DNA of 64,000 nt from an uncultured Marinilabiliaceae bacterium (lineage in GTDB: Bacteria; Bacteroidota; Bacteroidia; Bacteroidales; VadinHA17): positions 137,774-201,773 of the forward strand of contig CALOBV010000012.1 in the NCBI GenBank assembly GCA_942491535.1. Direction: 5' to 3'. Of the stretch, positions 1 through 10,223 are shown piece by piece. The translations under genes and the position numbers were made by a program. The notes below the pieces were generated by a model. The model was given only the letters and a program-made list of their open reading frames with translations. It had not been told where the DNA came from and did not search any database. How positions within the stretch are numbered: position 1 is the first letter of the stretch; every line of letters begins with the position of its first letter.

Positions 1-513
1 CAGTACGTCTTCTCCAAGGACTGAAAAGGATAGTGCTGTGTGAGTAGCATTTCCGAAAGGGTCCATTATAGCTGCCCAGTCGTCGGGGATACGTTTATCG
101 AGCGGAATAACGTTTTCGGCAGGCACTCTTACATATTCGGCAAAAGACCCGTTGATATTTACTCCTATGCCTACCGTATTTTCACAAACATGTTTCTTGC
201 CACGCCGACAGTTTCTGCAATGTCCGCATGCTATGTGACCTTCTCCTGTAACGCGTTCACCCACTTTCAGGTTTTTTACTCCTTTACCCATGGATTCAAT
301 ATAGCCCATATATTCATGGCCGACGGTCATAGGTGTTTTGATAGTTTTTGCTGCCCATTCATCCCACATATAGATATGCAAATCTGTTCCACAAATCGCA
401 GACTTTTTAACCTTTATTATTACGTCATTTATTCCCGGTTCAGGGATTACAACTTCTTCCATCCATATACCTTTACCCGGCTGTTTTTTTACAAGAGCTT
501 TCATTGTATTCAT
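1..513 (-). CDS. tdh: L-threonine 3-dehydrogenase (5' part; runs off window start)
   Basis: Manual minus-strand translation from ATG 513 (or 504): [21 protein letters not shown]...[32 protein letters not shown]...CGHCRNC, a Zn-dependent MDR signature typical of Tdh. Not in the ORF track. Confidence 0.9.
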   Translation of the reverse strand, partial: MNTMKALVKKQPGKGIWMEEVVIPEPGINDVIIKVKKSAICGTDLHIYMWDEWAAKTIKTPMTVGHEYMGYIESMGKGVKNLKVGERVTGEGHIACGHCRNCRRGKKHVCENTVGIGVNINGSFAEYVRVPAENVIPLDKRIPDDWAAIMDPFGNATHTALSFSVLGEDVL

Positions 514-610
514 GGTGCAAATGATTTTCTGTTACTAATGTCAATTTTATACAAAAATATATCAAAAAAAGATGATTTTTCTTAGTTCACTGCTGTTATA
601 ACAGTTTATT

Positions 611-618
611 TATCTTTG
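611..618 (+). promoter_or_regulatory. Bacteroidota sigma-70 -7 element (TATCTTTG) for gltX
   Basis: Matches the TAnnTTTG consensus 24 nt upstream of the gltX ATG. Confidence 0.6.
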
Positions 619-641
619 TAGTCAAATAAAATCAGATTAAT

Positions 642-2159
642 ATGGCTAAAAATTCTGTTCGCGTTCGATTTGCACCCAGTCCGACCGGTCCCTTACATAT
701 GGGTGGAGTGAGGACGGCCCTGTATAACTACCTGTTTGCAAAAAAAGAGGGTGGAACTTTTATTCTGAGAATAGAAGATACCGACCGTAGCAGGTTTGTA
801 GAAGGGGCAGAAGAGTATATAATGGAGTCGCTTGCCTGGTGCGGAATTGTAGTGGATGAGGGAGTAAAGGAAGGTGGAAGTTTCGGGCCTTACAAACAGA
901 GCGAAAGGAAAGAGCTTTATAAACAATATATTGAGGAGCTTATTGATAAGGGTTGGGCTTATTATGCTTTTGACACACCTGAAGAGCTGGAGAGCCTAAG
1001 GTCAACCTATGAATCGCATGGAGAAAAATTCATGTATAATTCAAAGATTAGAAAGTCGTTGAAAAACTCTATCTCACTCGAAAAAGCAAAATATGAGTTT
1101 CTGATTCAATCGGGCACACCCTATGTAGTAAGGTTTAAGATGCCCCTTGATGAAGAGATAAGGATGAAAGATCTTATTAGAGGAGAGGTTAGCGTAAACA
1201 GTTCGACACAGGATGATAAGGTATTATATAAATCGGATGGTATGCCTACCTATCACCTTGCTAATATTATCGATGACCATAAAATGGAGATATCACATGT
1301 TATAAGAGGAGAGGAGTGGCTTCCTTCCCTGCCTCTTCATGTTATGCTATACAGAGCCTTCGGATGGGATGAGCCCGAGTTTGCCCACCTCCCCTTATTG
1401 CTTAAGCCAACAGGAAAGGGGAAACTGAGTAAAAGAGACGGAGATAAGATGGGATTCCCGGTATTTCCGCTCTACTGGAAATATGGCGATACAGCATCGG
1501 GCTACAGGGAAGAAGGATATTTCCCGGAGGCATTTGTCAATATGCTGGCCCTGCTGGGATGGAACCCCGGGACAGAACAGGAAATTTTCACAATGGACGA
1601 ATTAATAAGCCAGTTTTCTATCGGGAGGGTAAGTAAATCAGGAGCCAGGTTTGACCCTGATAAGGCAAGGTGGTTTAATCACCAGTATCTACAGCAAAAA
1701 CCAGATCTCGTTTTAGCCGAAGATTTTAAATCTCTATTAAAAGAGAAGAATATAGAGATAGAAAGCGATCGCCTGGTAAGCCTTATTAAGATGGTTAAGG
1801 AAAGAGCTGATTTTGTAAATGATATATGGACTCAGAGCGATTTCTTTTTTATTGCACCACAGAGCTATGACGAAAAGGTAGTGAAGAAGAGATGGAAGGA
1901 AGAGACTCCGGCCATGATGACTGAGCTTATATCGATTCTTGAGGATATTGATGAATTTTCTTCAGGGAAAACAGAGACTACAGTAAAAGCCTGGATAGCG
2001 GATACGGAACTGAATATGGGAGATGTAATGACAGCATTTCGCTTATTGATTGTTGGCGAGTCACGCGGTCCTCACCTCTTTGATATAATTGAATGGCTGG
2101 GTAAGGAGGAGACTATTGCAAGATTAAAAACCGGCCTGTATTCTTGCGTGTCATCCTGA
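642..2159 (+). CDS. gltX: glutamate--tRNA ligase
   Basis: [14 protein letters not shown] (HIGH-like) and KLSKR (KMSKS-like) motifs; 505 aa. Confidence 0.97.
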   Translation: MAKNSVRVRFAPSPTGPLHMGGVRTALYNYLFAKKEGGTFILRIEDTDRSRFVEGAEEYIMESLAWCGIVVDEGVKEGGSFGPYKQSERKELYKQYIEELIDKGWAYYAFDTPEELESLRSTYESHGEKFMYNSKIRKSLKNSISLEKAKYEFLIQSGTPYVVRFKMPLDEEIRMKDLIRGEVSVNSSTQDDKVLYKSDGMPTYHLANIIDDHKMEISHVIRGEEWLPSLPLHVMLYRAFGWDEPEFAHLPLLLKPTGKGKLSKRDGDKMGFPVFPLYWKYGDTASGYREEGYFPEAFVNMLALLGWNPGTEQEIFTMDELISQFSIGRVSKSGARFDPDKARWFNHQYLQQKPDLVLAEDFKSLLKEKNIEIESDRLVSLIKMVKERADFVNDIWTQSDFFFIAPQSYDEKVVKKRWKEETPAMMTELISILEDIDEFSSGKTETTVKAWIADTELNMGDVMTAFRLLIVGESRGPHLFDIIEWLGKEETIARLKTGLYSCVSS

Positions 2160-2176
2160 GCGTAGTCGAAGGATCT
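2149..2176. repeat. REP-like palindromic element, left arm only; overlaps the gltX stop codon
   Basis: TGTCATCCTGAGCGTAGTCGAAGGATCT resembles the arms of the elements at 49108 and 62351. Confidence 0.6.
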
Positions 2177-2188
2177 ATACATTAATTT

Positions 2189-2830
2189 ATGAATAAACCC
2201 CTGAAATCTGACTTTATCAATTTCCACGACCACGGATCTATACCTGTTGACGGAGTTTTCTCTGTTGATAATATAATGGTGCATGAGGGAAGGACACCTT
2301 CAATCCTGGATGGAATTACCCATAGTGTGGGAGCCCATCCCTGGTTTCTTACAGAAGATAATTTTGAGAGGCACCTGCTTAGCGTGAGGGATATGGCTGT
2401 TTCCAGCAATGTAGTTGCTGTTGGCGAGACAGGGTTTGACAAGCTTAAGGGGCCATCGATAGAATTGCAGAGGAGAGCTTTTGAAAGGCATTTCGAGATA
2501 GCCGAAAAATTATCTAAGCCTCTTATTATTCACTGTGTGAGGGCATGGCCTGAAATCCTGGAAGAGAAGAAGAGACTTAAGCCAACAACGCCCTGGGTGA
2601 TTCATGGATTTAAGGGTAAGAAGGAGCTTGCTCAACAATTATGTGATAAGGGCTTTTATCTTTCTGCCTGGGTTGAGTGGGCAATCAGACCTGTATCGTC
2701 TGATACTTTGAATAATATGCCTCTCGACAGGCTCTTCCTGGAAACAGATGGTTTTGATATTGGAATAGAGCCTGTTTATACGGTTGTGGCAGGCTACCTG
2801 AATATGGAAGTCGAGAAAGCAGATGTATAA
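2189..2830 (+). CDS. TatD family hydrolase; last ~10 residues cut by a 15-nt duplication
   Basis: AVGETGFD, IIHCVRAW, IHGF and LFLETD motifs. An in-frame continuation ELKEQMYKRA follows the TAA. Confidence 0.88.
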   Translation: MNKPLKSDFINFHDHGSIPVDGVFSVDNIMVHEGRTPSILDGITHSVGAHPWFLTEDNFERHLLSVRDMAVSSNVVAVGETGFDKLKGPSIELQRRAFERHFEIAEKLSKPLIIHCVRAWPEILEEKKRLKPTTPWVIHGFKGKKELAQQLCDKGFYLSAWVEWAIRPVSSDTLNNMPLDRLFLETDGFDIGIEPVYTVVAGYLNMEVEKADV

Positions 2831-2869
2831 GAACTAAAAGAGCAGATGTATAAGAGAGCATAATTTATA

Positions 2870-3200
2870 CAATAATCCCTTATGCCATTCAACATTGAAA
2901 TTCTTAAAAGGCCAATTCTACATCCTGAAATCTTCAGATAAGTTAGAATCTGAGCTGAATATATTGGGATAAGTGAGTCAACTGCTTTAATCTCTAATAT
3001 AACCTTTTCTTCTACAAAAAATATAATTATACCCACTTGAGTTTTACATTATTATAAAAGTGGTAAGGGGACTGTTTTTTTCACTAAAATGATTAGTTGT
3101 AAGTTCATGAAATAAACATGCTTCATAGGAAGACTCAGAATGACCTAATTCACTGTGAACTTTATATGCACAATCAAAAATGCCTTTGATTCTGAATGCA
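2870..3200 (-). pseudogene. degenerate GxxExxY family gene
   Basis: Minus-strand fragments DCAYKVHSELGHSESSYEACLFHEL and VEEKVILEIKAVDSLIPIYSAQILTYLKISGCRIGLL, separated by frameshifts and stops. Confidence 0.8.
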
Positions 3201-3256
3201 AATATTCCTTGTATATTTTTTACAGCAAGACATTATAAATTTACAATTTTCTTAAA

Positions 3257-3287
3257 CTCTGTGAGATCTCTGTGCTTTCTGTGGTAA
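3257..3287 (-). repeat. CACAGA(G) short repeats upstream of the GxxExxY remnant
   Basis: ctctgtg-agat-ctctgtg-ctt-tctgtg on the + strand, period about 10-11. Confidence 0.6.
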
Positions 3288-3310
3288 ATCTTTTTATTAT
3301 TTTTGTCTTT

Positions 3311-4018
3311 ATGAACTGGCAATCACGAACGGAATTATTACTGGGAAAAGAGAACCTTGAGAAACTGGCCTCCGCCAATGTTCTTGTTGTTGGCCTTGGA
3401 GGAGTAGGAGCATATGCCGCCGAGATGATCTGTCGTGCCGGAGTAGGTAAAATGACAATAGTAGATGGTGATACTGTTAATGAAACAAATATTAATCGTC
3501 AGTTAGTCGCACTCGGGAGTACTGTTGGAGAAAAGAAAACAGATGTGCTGGGGGAGCGGCTGCTGTATATAAACCCTGAGCTTGATCTGACAAAGATTGA
3601 TGAATATATCAAGGATGACAGGATGATAGAAATTCTGGATCAGGGCTACGATTATGTGGTGGATGCCATCGATACTCTCTCTCCAAAGATTTATCTTATT
3701 TACCATGCAATGCAAAAAGGCATTCCTATAGTTAGTTCAATGGGAGCAGGTGGCAAGCTCGATCCTTCAAGGATTGAGATTGCTGATATTGCAAATTCAT
3801 ATAATTGCAAGCTGGCGCGTGTTCTGCGTAAAAGACTTCACAAACTTGGAATAAGGAATGGCTTTATGGCAGTCTTCTCACCTGAGGACGTTCCTGAAGA
3901 AAGTGTTGAATTAACTGAGGAGGAGGATAATAAGAAATCGAATGTGGGCTCCATCTCATATATGCCTCCTGCCTTCGGCTGTGCCTGTGCCTCAGTTGTT
4001 ATTCGTAGCTTTCTGTAA
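3311..4018 (+). CDS. tcdA: tRNA threonylcarbamoyladenosine dehydratase (ThiF/E1-like)
   Basis: RTELLLG...VVGLGGVG...DAID...SSMGAGGKLDP...CKLARVLRKRL. Start placed at ATG 3311. Confidence 0.88.
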   Translation: MNWQSRTELLLGKENLEKLASANVLVVGLGGVGAYAAEMICRAGVGKMTIVDGDTVNETNINRQLVALGSTVGEKKTDVLGERLLYINPELDLTKIDEYIKDDRMIEILDQGYDYVVDAIDTLSPKIYLIYHAMQKGIPIVSSMGAGGKLDPSRIEIADIANSYNCKLARVLRKRLHKLGIRNGFMAVFSPEDVPEESVELTEEEDNKKSNVGSISYMPPAFGCACASVVIRSFL

Positions 4019-6676
4019 AAATGGTATGCCTTTGATCATCCATTCGGGGGCCGGTTTCCCTTTTAAATAATGATCGTAGAACTGTTCCATCCTTGTCTGG
4101 AAGTCGACCTGGTTTTCCCATTTAGCAAGATGATGATCTTCTCCAGGGTAGGAGCACAGGATCACATTCTTATTATTAAATCGTAAGCCGTTGTAAAACT
4201 CAATTGCCTGCAGCCATTCAACCGATCCGTCTTCTTCTCCCTGGAAGAGCAGGAGCGGAGTATTCATATTGCGTGCATGGAATACTGCCGACTGGTCTAC
4301 AAAAAGATCAAAGTCATCGTATGGATTGGTATTAAACCGTCCCTGTCCGTAATAGTCGTAGCTGTGCTGATTTGTGCCCGAGGATTTCCACAGCTGGTTA
4401 AAATCAGCAAGCAGATCGGAGACACCTGCTCCTATAACTGCTGCGGCAAACATATCGCTATGTGTTACAATATAATTACCTCCCTGTCCGCTAAAGCTAT
4501 GCCCGTGTATGCCTATTTTTTCCATATCCACATAAGCCAGTTCGTTTACCTTATTTACCGCCGCTTCTATGCATTCGAGCATGTCGGAGTGGGTTGAGCC
4601 TATATTGAAATGAATATCAGGCAGCAGCACCAGGTATCCATTGCTTGCATATTTTGGAAACATAGGGGTGTCGCGGTATATAATGCGGGACCACCTGTTC
4701 AGGTTCTGAGAGTTCTTTTCATAGAAGTCGACCAGCATGGGATATTTATCTCCTTTCTTATATCCATCAGGGACCATCAGTACAGCCTGGAGTCTAAGCC
4801 CGTTCTTGTTTGTATATTCTATCAGCTCATTATGGTACCACCTGAATTCATCTACAATTGGGTTGGCATCGGTAATTTTATCCAGTTTCTTAAAATTGTT
4901 ATCGCTCAGGTAATAATCGGGGTATTCTTTGGGTGATTCACGTGTAACAAGGTAGGTGTCGGCCTTCTTTGCCTTTACCGGTCGGCCATACCTGTTAGCA
5001 CTGTAAACAAGTTTATTAAGCTTACCATCTTCAAGCTGGTAAAAGCCTGCATCCTTGCTCCAGTAGCCGTATGCAGATAGAAGCATGGGCTTTTCAGTAT
5101 CGATAAATTTCTCTTCGGGATCGGTCTGGACATACCTCAGTTGTATCTCATTATCTGTTCCGTAATTATTGCTCAGATTCTTTGCCGGTGAGCCATCAAG
5201 GGGCTGGAGCCATATATCGTACATGCTGTACAGTATTACACTCATCCCATCTTTTGACCAGCCTGCTATACCATGGGATGGTTTTTGTCCGGCCTTGTCG
5301 AACAGCTCATTGATAAAAGATACCTCTGTATCTTCTGTAATATTAAGCGCTTTGTCAGACTCTTCTGTAAAGGTCCAGAAATTACCCTCTTCCCAGAAAA
5401 TAAATGTTTTGCTGTCGGGAGACAGACCCATAGCTCTTTCGAGACCCTTCCTGATAAGTTTTCTCTCACCGTTCAGGGTATTGACCCAGTAGTAATCTGC
5501 AAGCCTTGGTTTCCAGTCGGATATATATGGCTTATCATTACTGCCGATAGCGACCCTGCCATCCCTGCTGATACTAATATTCTTTATGCTTGAATCGGCC
5601 AGGGGGACAAATTTTTCAGTTTCTGAATTGACTGCCGAGGTATATGTAAAATTTTTATCCCTGTTTGCCTGCTTCTTCTGAACAGACTGTATTCTTTCAT
5701 CCTTCCAGTGCCAGATATCAACATCTGCCACCGGGTCGGCATCTTTCTTTGTTTCTATCTTATTCTCCTGTTTTACGATCCCAAAAAAGTAGACAGAGTT
5801 ATCGTCGCTAAATCCGGGAGTGCTGTTTTCACTAATAATATAATTCTTCGGGAAATTTTGATCCTCAGCCGGATCATACTCAAATAACTGTATATCATCA
5901 TCAAGCTTACTAAACGAAATAAGCGAATTTGATCTGTGCTTTTTGCCTTTTGGAGTTACTCCTTTATATGCAGCCAGAACGGTTCCTTTTTCATTCCATC
6001 CAGCTTTTGAATATATTTCTTTACCTGTATCAAGAGGTTTAATCATTCCATTGCCGGAGTACATCAGGAAGAGTCCGTTGCCTGTACTATCGGGCACCTC
6101 TACGGTAAGTATTGTGTGCGTTCCGGGCCTGGATATTTTATAATCTGTGACATGAGATATCCTTGATGTGTGTCCGGATTTAAGGTCAACAAGAACCAGG
6201 TCCCTGCCTTTGTTTTTTGATTTTGGGTCATCTTTAGCCAGGTGGACTAACAGGAAGTTGGAACCCTTATTAAACTCAAACTTTGCCTGGTTTTCTATAA
6301 TTTCCTTTTTACCTGTCTCAAGGTTTAATAAGACTACGCTGCTGCTTACCGGTTTCTTTTCTTTTTTGAGTGCCTCCTGCTTTTTAAATGGAAGAACAAG
6401 CCTGTATGCAGCCCACAGCTCGTTATCAGAAAATTGTACCTGGTTTGCCAGGGGGATAACATAAGAAGCTTCTGAAGATATACTTTTAATATACAGGGTA
6501 TCATCCATCCTGGGTGTTGAATAACTGTATCCTACCCAGTTTCCCTTTTCGGATAAGGCAATTGAATTAATTGATCTGAAACGACCATAATCTTCGATCT
6601 TAATTGCTTTCTTCTGAGCATAACCGGGCATGCTGATAAGTAATAATACCAGCAGGCTGAGAATTCTGTATTTCAT
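3992..6676 (-). CDS. S9 family (prolyl oligopeptidase/DPP-IV-like) secreted peptidase
   Basis: Signal peptide, beta-propeller region, GHSFSG nucleophile motif, then D and H of the catalytic triad (GEEDGSV, GEDHHL). Confidence 0.88.
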   Translation of the reverse strand: MKYRILSLLVLLLISMPGYAQKKAIKIEDYGRFRSINSIALSEKGNWVGYSYSTPRMDDTLYIKSISSEASYVIPLANQVQFSDNELWAAYRLVLPFKKQEALKKEKKPVSSSVVLLNLETGKKEIIENQAKFEFNKGSNFLLVHLAKDDPKSKNKGRDLVLVDLKSGHTSRISHVTDYKISRPGTHTILTVEVPDSTGNGLFLMYSGNGMIKPLDTGKEIYSKAGWNEKGTVLAAYKGVTPKGKKHRSNSLISFSKLDDDIQLFEYDPAEDQNFPKNYIISENSTPGFSDDNSVYFFGIVKQENKIETKKDADPVADVDIWHWKDERIQSVQKKQANRDKNFTYTSAVNSETEKFVPLADSSIKNISISRDGRVAIGSNDKPYISDWKPRLADYYWVNTLNGERKLIRKGLERAMGLSPDSKTFIFWEEGNFWTFTEESDKALNITEDTEVSFINELFDKAGQKPSHGIAGWSKDGMSVILYSMYDIWLQPLDGSPAKNLSNNYGTDNEIQLRYVQTDPEEKFIDTEKPMLLSAYGYWSKDAGFYQLEDGKLNKLVYSANRYGRPVKAKKADTYLVTRESPKEYPDYYLSDNNFKKLDKITDANPIVDEFRWYHNELIEYTNKNGLRLQAVLMVPDGYKKGDKYPMLVDFYEKNSQNLNRWSRIIYRDTPMFPKYASNGYLVLLPDIHFNIGSTHSDMLECIEAAVNKVNELAYVDMEKIGIHGHSFSGQGGNYIVTHSDMFAAAVIGAGVSDLLADFNQLWKSSGTNQHSYDYYGQGRFNTNPYDDFDLFVDQSAVFHARNMNTPLLLFQGEEDGSVEWLQAIEFYNGLRFNNKNVILCSYPGEDHHLAKWENQVDFQTRMEQFYDHYLKGKPAPEWMIKGIPFLQKATNNN

Positions 6677-6752
6677 AATTAAAAGATAAATATGGTTTGT
6701 TTAAATAAACTTACTATTTGGTGCAGGGTTTAACAAGGAGTGTAATTAGGCC

Positions 6753-8465
6753 TTAGCTTCCTGATTTTTTTGTCCAGGAGTCTCTCAGGGGAACAGTCCT
6801 GTTAAATACCGGGTTGCCGGGCTTTGAATCCTTATCGACACAGAAATACCCTATTCTCTGGAACTGAAATTTATCACCTGGTTTGGCTTCCTTAAGAGAT
6901 GGTTCGAGTTTACAATTTTCGATAATCTCAAGTGAGTCAGGGTTCAGGAATTCTTTGAAATTTTGATCTTTCTGGCCGGCAGGATCTTCATGATTAAATA
7001 ATCTGTCGTACTGATTGATCCTTGCGTCCATAGCATGTTGTACCGAAACCCAGTGAAGAGTTCCTTTAACCTTCCTGTCTGTTTCAAGACCCCCGCTCTT
7101 TGTCTTTTCATCGTAGGTACAATATATTTCTTCAATCTCGCCATTAGATTCATTTTTCTTAAACCCTGTACATTTTACTATATAGGCACCCTTAAGTCTT
7201 ACTTCTCTTTCCGGACCCAACCTGAAAAATTTCTTTGGAGGATCCTCCATAAAGTCGCTCTTCTCAATAAATACCTCCCTGCTGAAAGGAACCAGTCGTG
7301 ATCCCATTGTTTCATCTTCCGGGTTATTTATAATTTCCAGTTCTTCGATATGGTCTTCAGGATAGTTGGTAATTATCAATTTCACAGGGTCCATTACACC
7401 AAATACTCTTGGAGCTATCTTATTAAGATCTTCCTTTACGGCATGCTCCAGGAGGGCTACATCGTTTATTGCTTCAACCTTTGTATAACCTATGCTATCA
7501 ATAAAATTCTTAATAGATTCAGGTGTGTAGCCACGTCTTCTCATACCAGAGATGGTCGGCATCCTGGGATCATCCCAGCCATCAACAAGTTTTTCCTCAA
7601 CAAGTTGCTGAAGCATTCTCTTGCTCATTACAGTATAGGTAAGGTTAAGCCTGTTGAATTCTATCTGTCGCGGCCTGTAATCATCTGTTTTCAGATGATC
7701 AATAAACCAGTTGTATAATGGTCGGTGCACTTCAAATTCAAGAGTGCAGAGGGAGTGAGTTATTCCTTCAAAATAATCACTCTGGCCATGTGCAAAATCG
7801 TACATAGGATATACATTCCACTTATCGCCGGTGCGATGGTGAGATCTTTTTACAATCCTGTAGATTACGGGGTCACGCATATGCATATTAGGAGATGCCA
7901 TATCAATTTTTGCACGAAGAACATGAGTGCCTTCTCCAAACTCTCCCTTCTTCATTCTCTCGAAAATCTCCAGGCTTTCAGCTTCCGGCCTGTTTCGGAA
8001 AGGACTTTCTTCGCCGGGAACATTGGGAGATCCCTTTTGTTTTGCAATTTGTTCTGAGCTTTGATCGTCGATATAAGCCTTGCCTTCTTTGATAAGAGCT
8101 ACGGCAAAGTCATAGAGCCTGTCAAAATAGTCGGAAGCAAAAAACTCTCTGTCTTCCCAATCAAAACCAAGCCAGTGGATATCTTCTTTTATAGAATCAA
8201 CAAATTCAAGCTCTTCTTTTGCAGGGTTGGTATCATCGAACCTGAGGTTGCATTTCCCTCCGAATTTCTGTGCTGCACCAAAATCAAGACATATTGCCTT
8301 GGCGTGACCTATATGCAGGTATCCATTTGGTTCGGGAGGGAATCGGGTATGAACCCTGCCATCGTTCTTTCCCTGTTGCAGGTCTTCTTTAATAAATTGT
8401 TCTATAAAATTCAGGGAATTGCTTTCCTCGTTTGCTTTGTTAGCCTCTATATTACTCTCATTCAT
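6753..8465 (-). CDS. glnS: glutamine--tRNA ligase
   Basis: RFPPEPNGYLHIGH, MSKR and GWDDPRMPT motifs. Confidence 0.97.
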   Translation of the reverse strand: MNESNIEANKANEESNSLNFIEQFIKEDLQQGKNDGRVHTRFPPEPNGYLHIGHAKAICLDFGAAQKFGGKCNLRFDDTNPAKEELEFVDSIKEDIHWLGFDWEDREFFASDYFDRLYDFAVALIKEGKAYIDDQSSEQIAKQKGSPNVPGEESPFRNRPEAESLEIFERMKKGEFGEGTHVLRAKIDMASPNMHMRDPVIYRIVKRSHHRTGDKWNVYPMYDFAHGQSDYFEGITHSLCTLEFEVHRPLYNWFIDHLKTDDYRPRQIEFNRLNLTYTVMSKRMLQQLVEEKLVDGWDDPRMPTISGMRRRGYTPESIKNFIDSIGYTKVEAINDVALLEHAVKEDLNKIAPRVFGVMDPVKLIITNYPEDHIEELEIINNPEDETMGSRLVPFSREVFIEKSDFMEDPPKKFFRLGPEREVRLKGAYIVKCTGFKKNESNGEIEEIYCTYDEKTKSGGLETDRKVKGTLHWVSVQHAMDARINQYDRLFNHEDPAGQKDQNFKEFLNPDSLEIIENCKLEPSLKEAKPGDKFQFQRIGYFCVDKDSKPGNPVFNRTVPLRDSWTKKSGS

Positions 8466-8510
8466 ACCTGCATAGTTTTTGGACTACAAAAGTATAAATA
8501 TTTTACCATA

Positions 8511-8566
8511 GTGTAGCACTAAGTAACACAGTGTCTCACCGTGTAACTCTGTGTAACACCGTGGCG
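8511..8566. repeat. tandem 10-mer repeat (gtgtaacNcN-like, 5-6 units)
   Basis: gtgtagcact aagtaacaca gtgtctcacc gtgtaactct gtgtaacacc gtggcg; the reverse complement contains cacagag. Confidence 0.65.
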
Positions 8567-8573
8567 GGTTAAT

Positions 8574-8864
8574 TTATGGCTTGATATACTGTCCGATGGT
8601 ATTTACATATTCTTCGATTCTCTGCCTCCCAAGCTTTGTAATCCTGCAAAGGGTCTGCGGGTAATTATTTGAGAATTTCTTCTCAACCTTAATATAGCCG
8701 GCATCCTTTAATTTAGTAATCTGAATGCTAAGGTTCCCTGATGTAGCTCCCGTTTGCTCTTTAATAAAGGTAAACTCTGCCGCATCGGCATTCATTAGTA
8801 TAGAGACTATGGCAAGCCGCAACTGTGAATGCAATAGTGGGTCGAGGTCTTTAAACTGTACCAT
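8574..8864 (-). CDS. winged-helix DNA-binding transcriptional regulator (MarR/ArsR-like)
   Basis: LDPLLHSQLRLAIVSIL...FTFIKEQTGATSGNLSIQITKLKDAGYI. Confidence 0.85.
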   Translation of the reverse strand: MVQFKDLDPLLHSQLRLAIVSILMNADAAEFTFIKEQTGATSGNLSIQITKLKDAGYIKVEKKFSNNYPQTLCRITKLGRQRIEEYVNTIGQYIKP

Positions 8865-9437
8865 TGTTCTCTTCTTTACGAAGTAGATATCCAGGGATAA
8901 GATAGCCTAATAGCATGCCAACAGGTATGGTAAGTGATTCAATATGAGGCCCGGAAAAATGACCTGCCAATGCTAATATCCAGAAACATATTCCTCCGAA
9001 AATCAGTGGTTTGAATTTTATCATCACTCCTGACAGAAATGTGGCATAGCAACAAGCATAACATAAATGACCCGATAAAGTTCACATTATTACCTATGAG
9101 CATAATAATCATTATTGCTGCAGTTGGTAATACTGCCATCCATGTCCACATATATACTCTGTCAGTATAGGTATATATAGTTTGTTTCCTTCCCTTGCTG
9201 AATCCGTAAATCATGAAACAAATACTGCTGGTATGGTTAACCACCAGACATAATAGGATTTTTCGAAAGTAGTGAATGCCTGATCAGGTAATCTGCCAGG
9301 CTGCATATCAGGATCAGCCAACCCCACAGAAGAAGGTGAAAACTTCCATGCTTTATGTTACATCGGGTTTTGTGGATCATATCAGTTATAATCCTCAGGC
9401 TTTCTTCGCCCGTCATTTGTTTTGTTTGATTTTCCAT
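8851..9437 (-). pseudogene. membrane protein upstream of the wHTH regulator, broken by at least 2 frameshifts
   Basis: Three hydrophobic segments join across frames: MENQTKQMTGEESLRII.../...MIYGFSKGRKQ.../...FLSGVMIKFKPLIFGGICFW...GYLIPGYLLRKEKNNGTV*. Confidence 0.7.
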
Positions 9438-9585
9438 AATATCTATAAAAATGTGGTTAATATATTTATAAATTTTGTAAATTAAAGTAGTTTATAATAT
9501 AAACCTAATTTTCCTATTTAATTTATTTTTGAACTTCCAATCTCTCCTGGCCCCTGGTTGTTTGCTCCTTCCTTTAGTCTCTTAA

Positions 9586-9734
9586 TTTCAACTTTTTTTA
9601 AACTCTTTCAACCTCCTCCCATTAAAGTTCACCCCAGTTTCAACTTTTTCACCCCAGTTTCAACTTTTCACTTTCAACTCATTTCAACCCAGTTTAAACC
9701 TTATCAACTTTATCAACTTTTTCAACCTTCTTCT
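9586..9734. repeat. pyrimidine-rich TTCAAC repeat tract
   Basis: Nine TCAAC copies, plus a near-tandem 20-nt repeat ttcaccccagttt(t)caacttt at 9628 and 9648. Confidence 0.75.
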
Positions 9735-9746
9735 TATCTTTACCAG

Positions 9747-10097
9747 ATGGGACTTATTAAAATAGAGGACATGGAATTTTATGCCTTCCATGGTCATTTC
9801 AAGGAAGAGCAGATAGTAGGAAATAAATTCCTTATAGATCTTACTATTGAGACAGACCTTAAGCCTGCTGCCAGAAGCGACAGTCTTAGAGATGCTGCAG
9901 ATTACCAGGTAGCCTACCGGGTTGTTAAGGAAGAGATGGGTAAGAAATCTAATATGCTTGAGAATATTGCATCAAGGATTCTTGACAACCTGTATGCCAA
10001 TATTCAAAATATTGATAAGGCCACCATCAGGATAAGGAAAATGAATCCTCCTATGGGAGGACACATTGGGTCTGTAGGAATAATTATGTCTCGCTGA
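9747..10097 (+). CDS. folB: dihydroneopterin aldolase
   Basis: MGLIKIEDMEFYAFHGHFKEEQIVGNKFLIDL...DAADYQ...RKMNPPMGG. True start is ATG 9747. Confidence 0.93.
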   Translation: MGLIKIEDMEFYAFHGHFKEEQIVGNKFLIDLTIETDLKPAARSDSLRDAADYQVAYRVVKEEMGKKSNMLENIASRILDNLYANIQNIDKATIRIRKMNPPMGGHIGSVGIIMSR

Positions 10098-10223
10098 CAG
10101 ATGCCATATGCATTATCACCCATTCACCCTCCACACTCTTTATTCATACTTGACATATATCTAATTTTATCTTAACTTATTAGGTTCAAGTTTGTAGTTT
10201 ACTAACTGCTTAAATTATTTGCC

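Noticed and set aside
2818-2860. Tn5/Nextera mosaic-end contamination (AGATGTATAAGAGA)
   Set aside because: It differs from AGATGTGTATAAGAGACAG by indels, and the second copy reads naturally as TatD codons (EQMYKR). Resemblance is probably coincidental.
642-8465. gltX and glnS close together, with tcdA, and a ProX editing gene elsewhere in the window
   Set aside because: These are ordinary Bacteroidota housekeeping genes with no unusual domains.
9558-9746. N-terminal extension of FolB in the ORF track
   Set aside because: It is an open frame through the low-complexity TTCAAC tract; FolB homology starts at ATG 9747.
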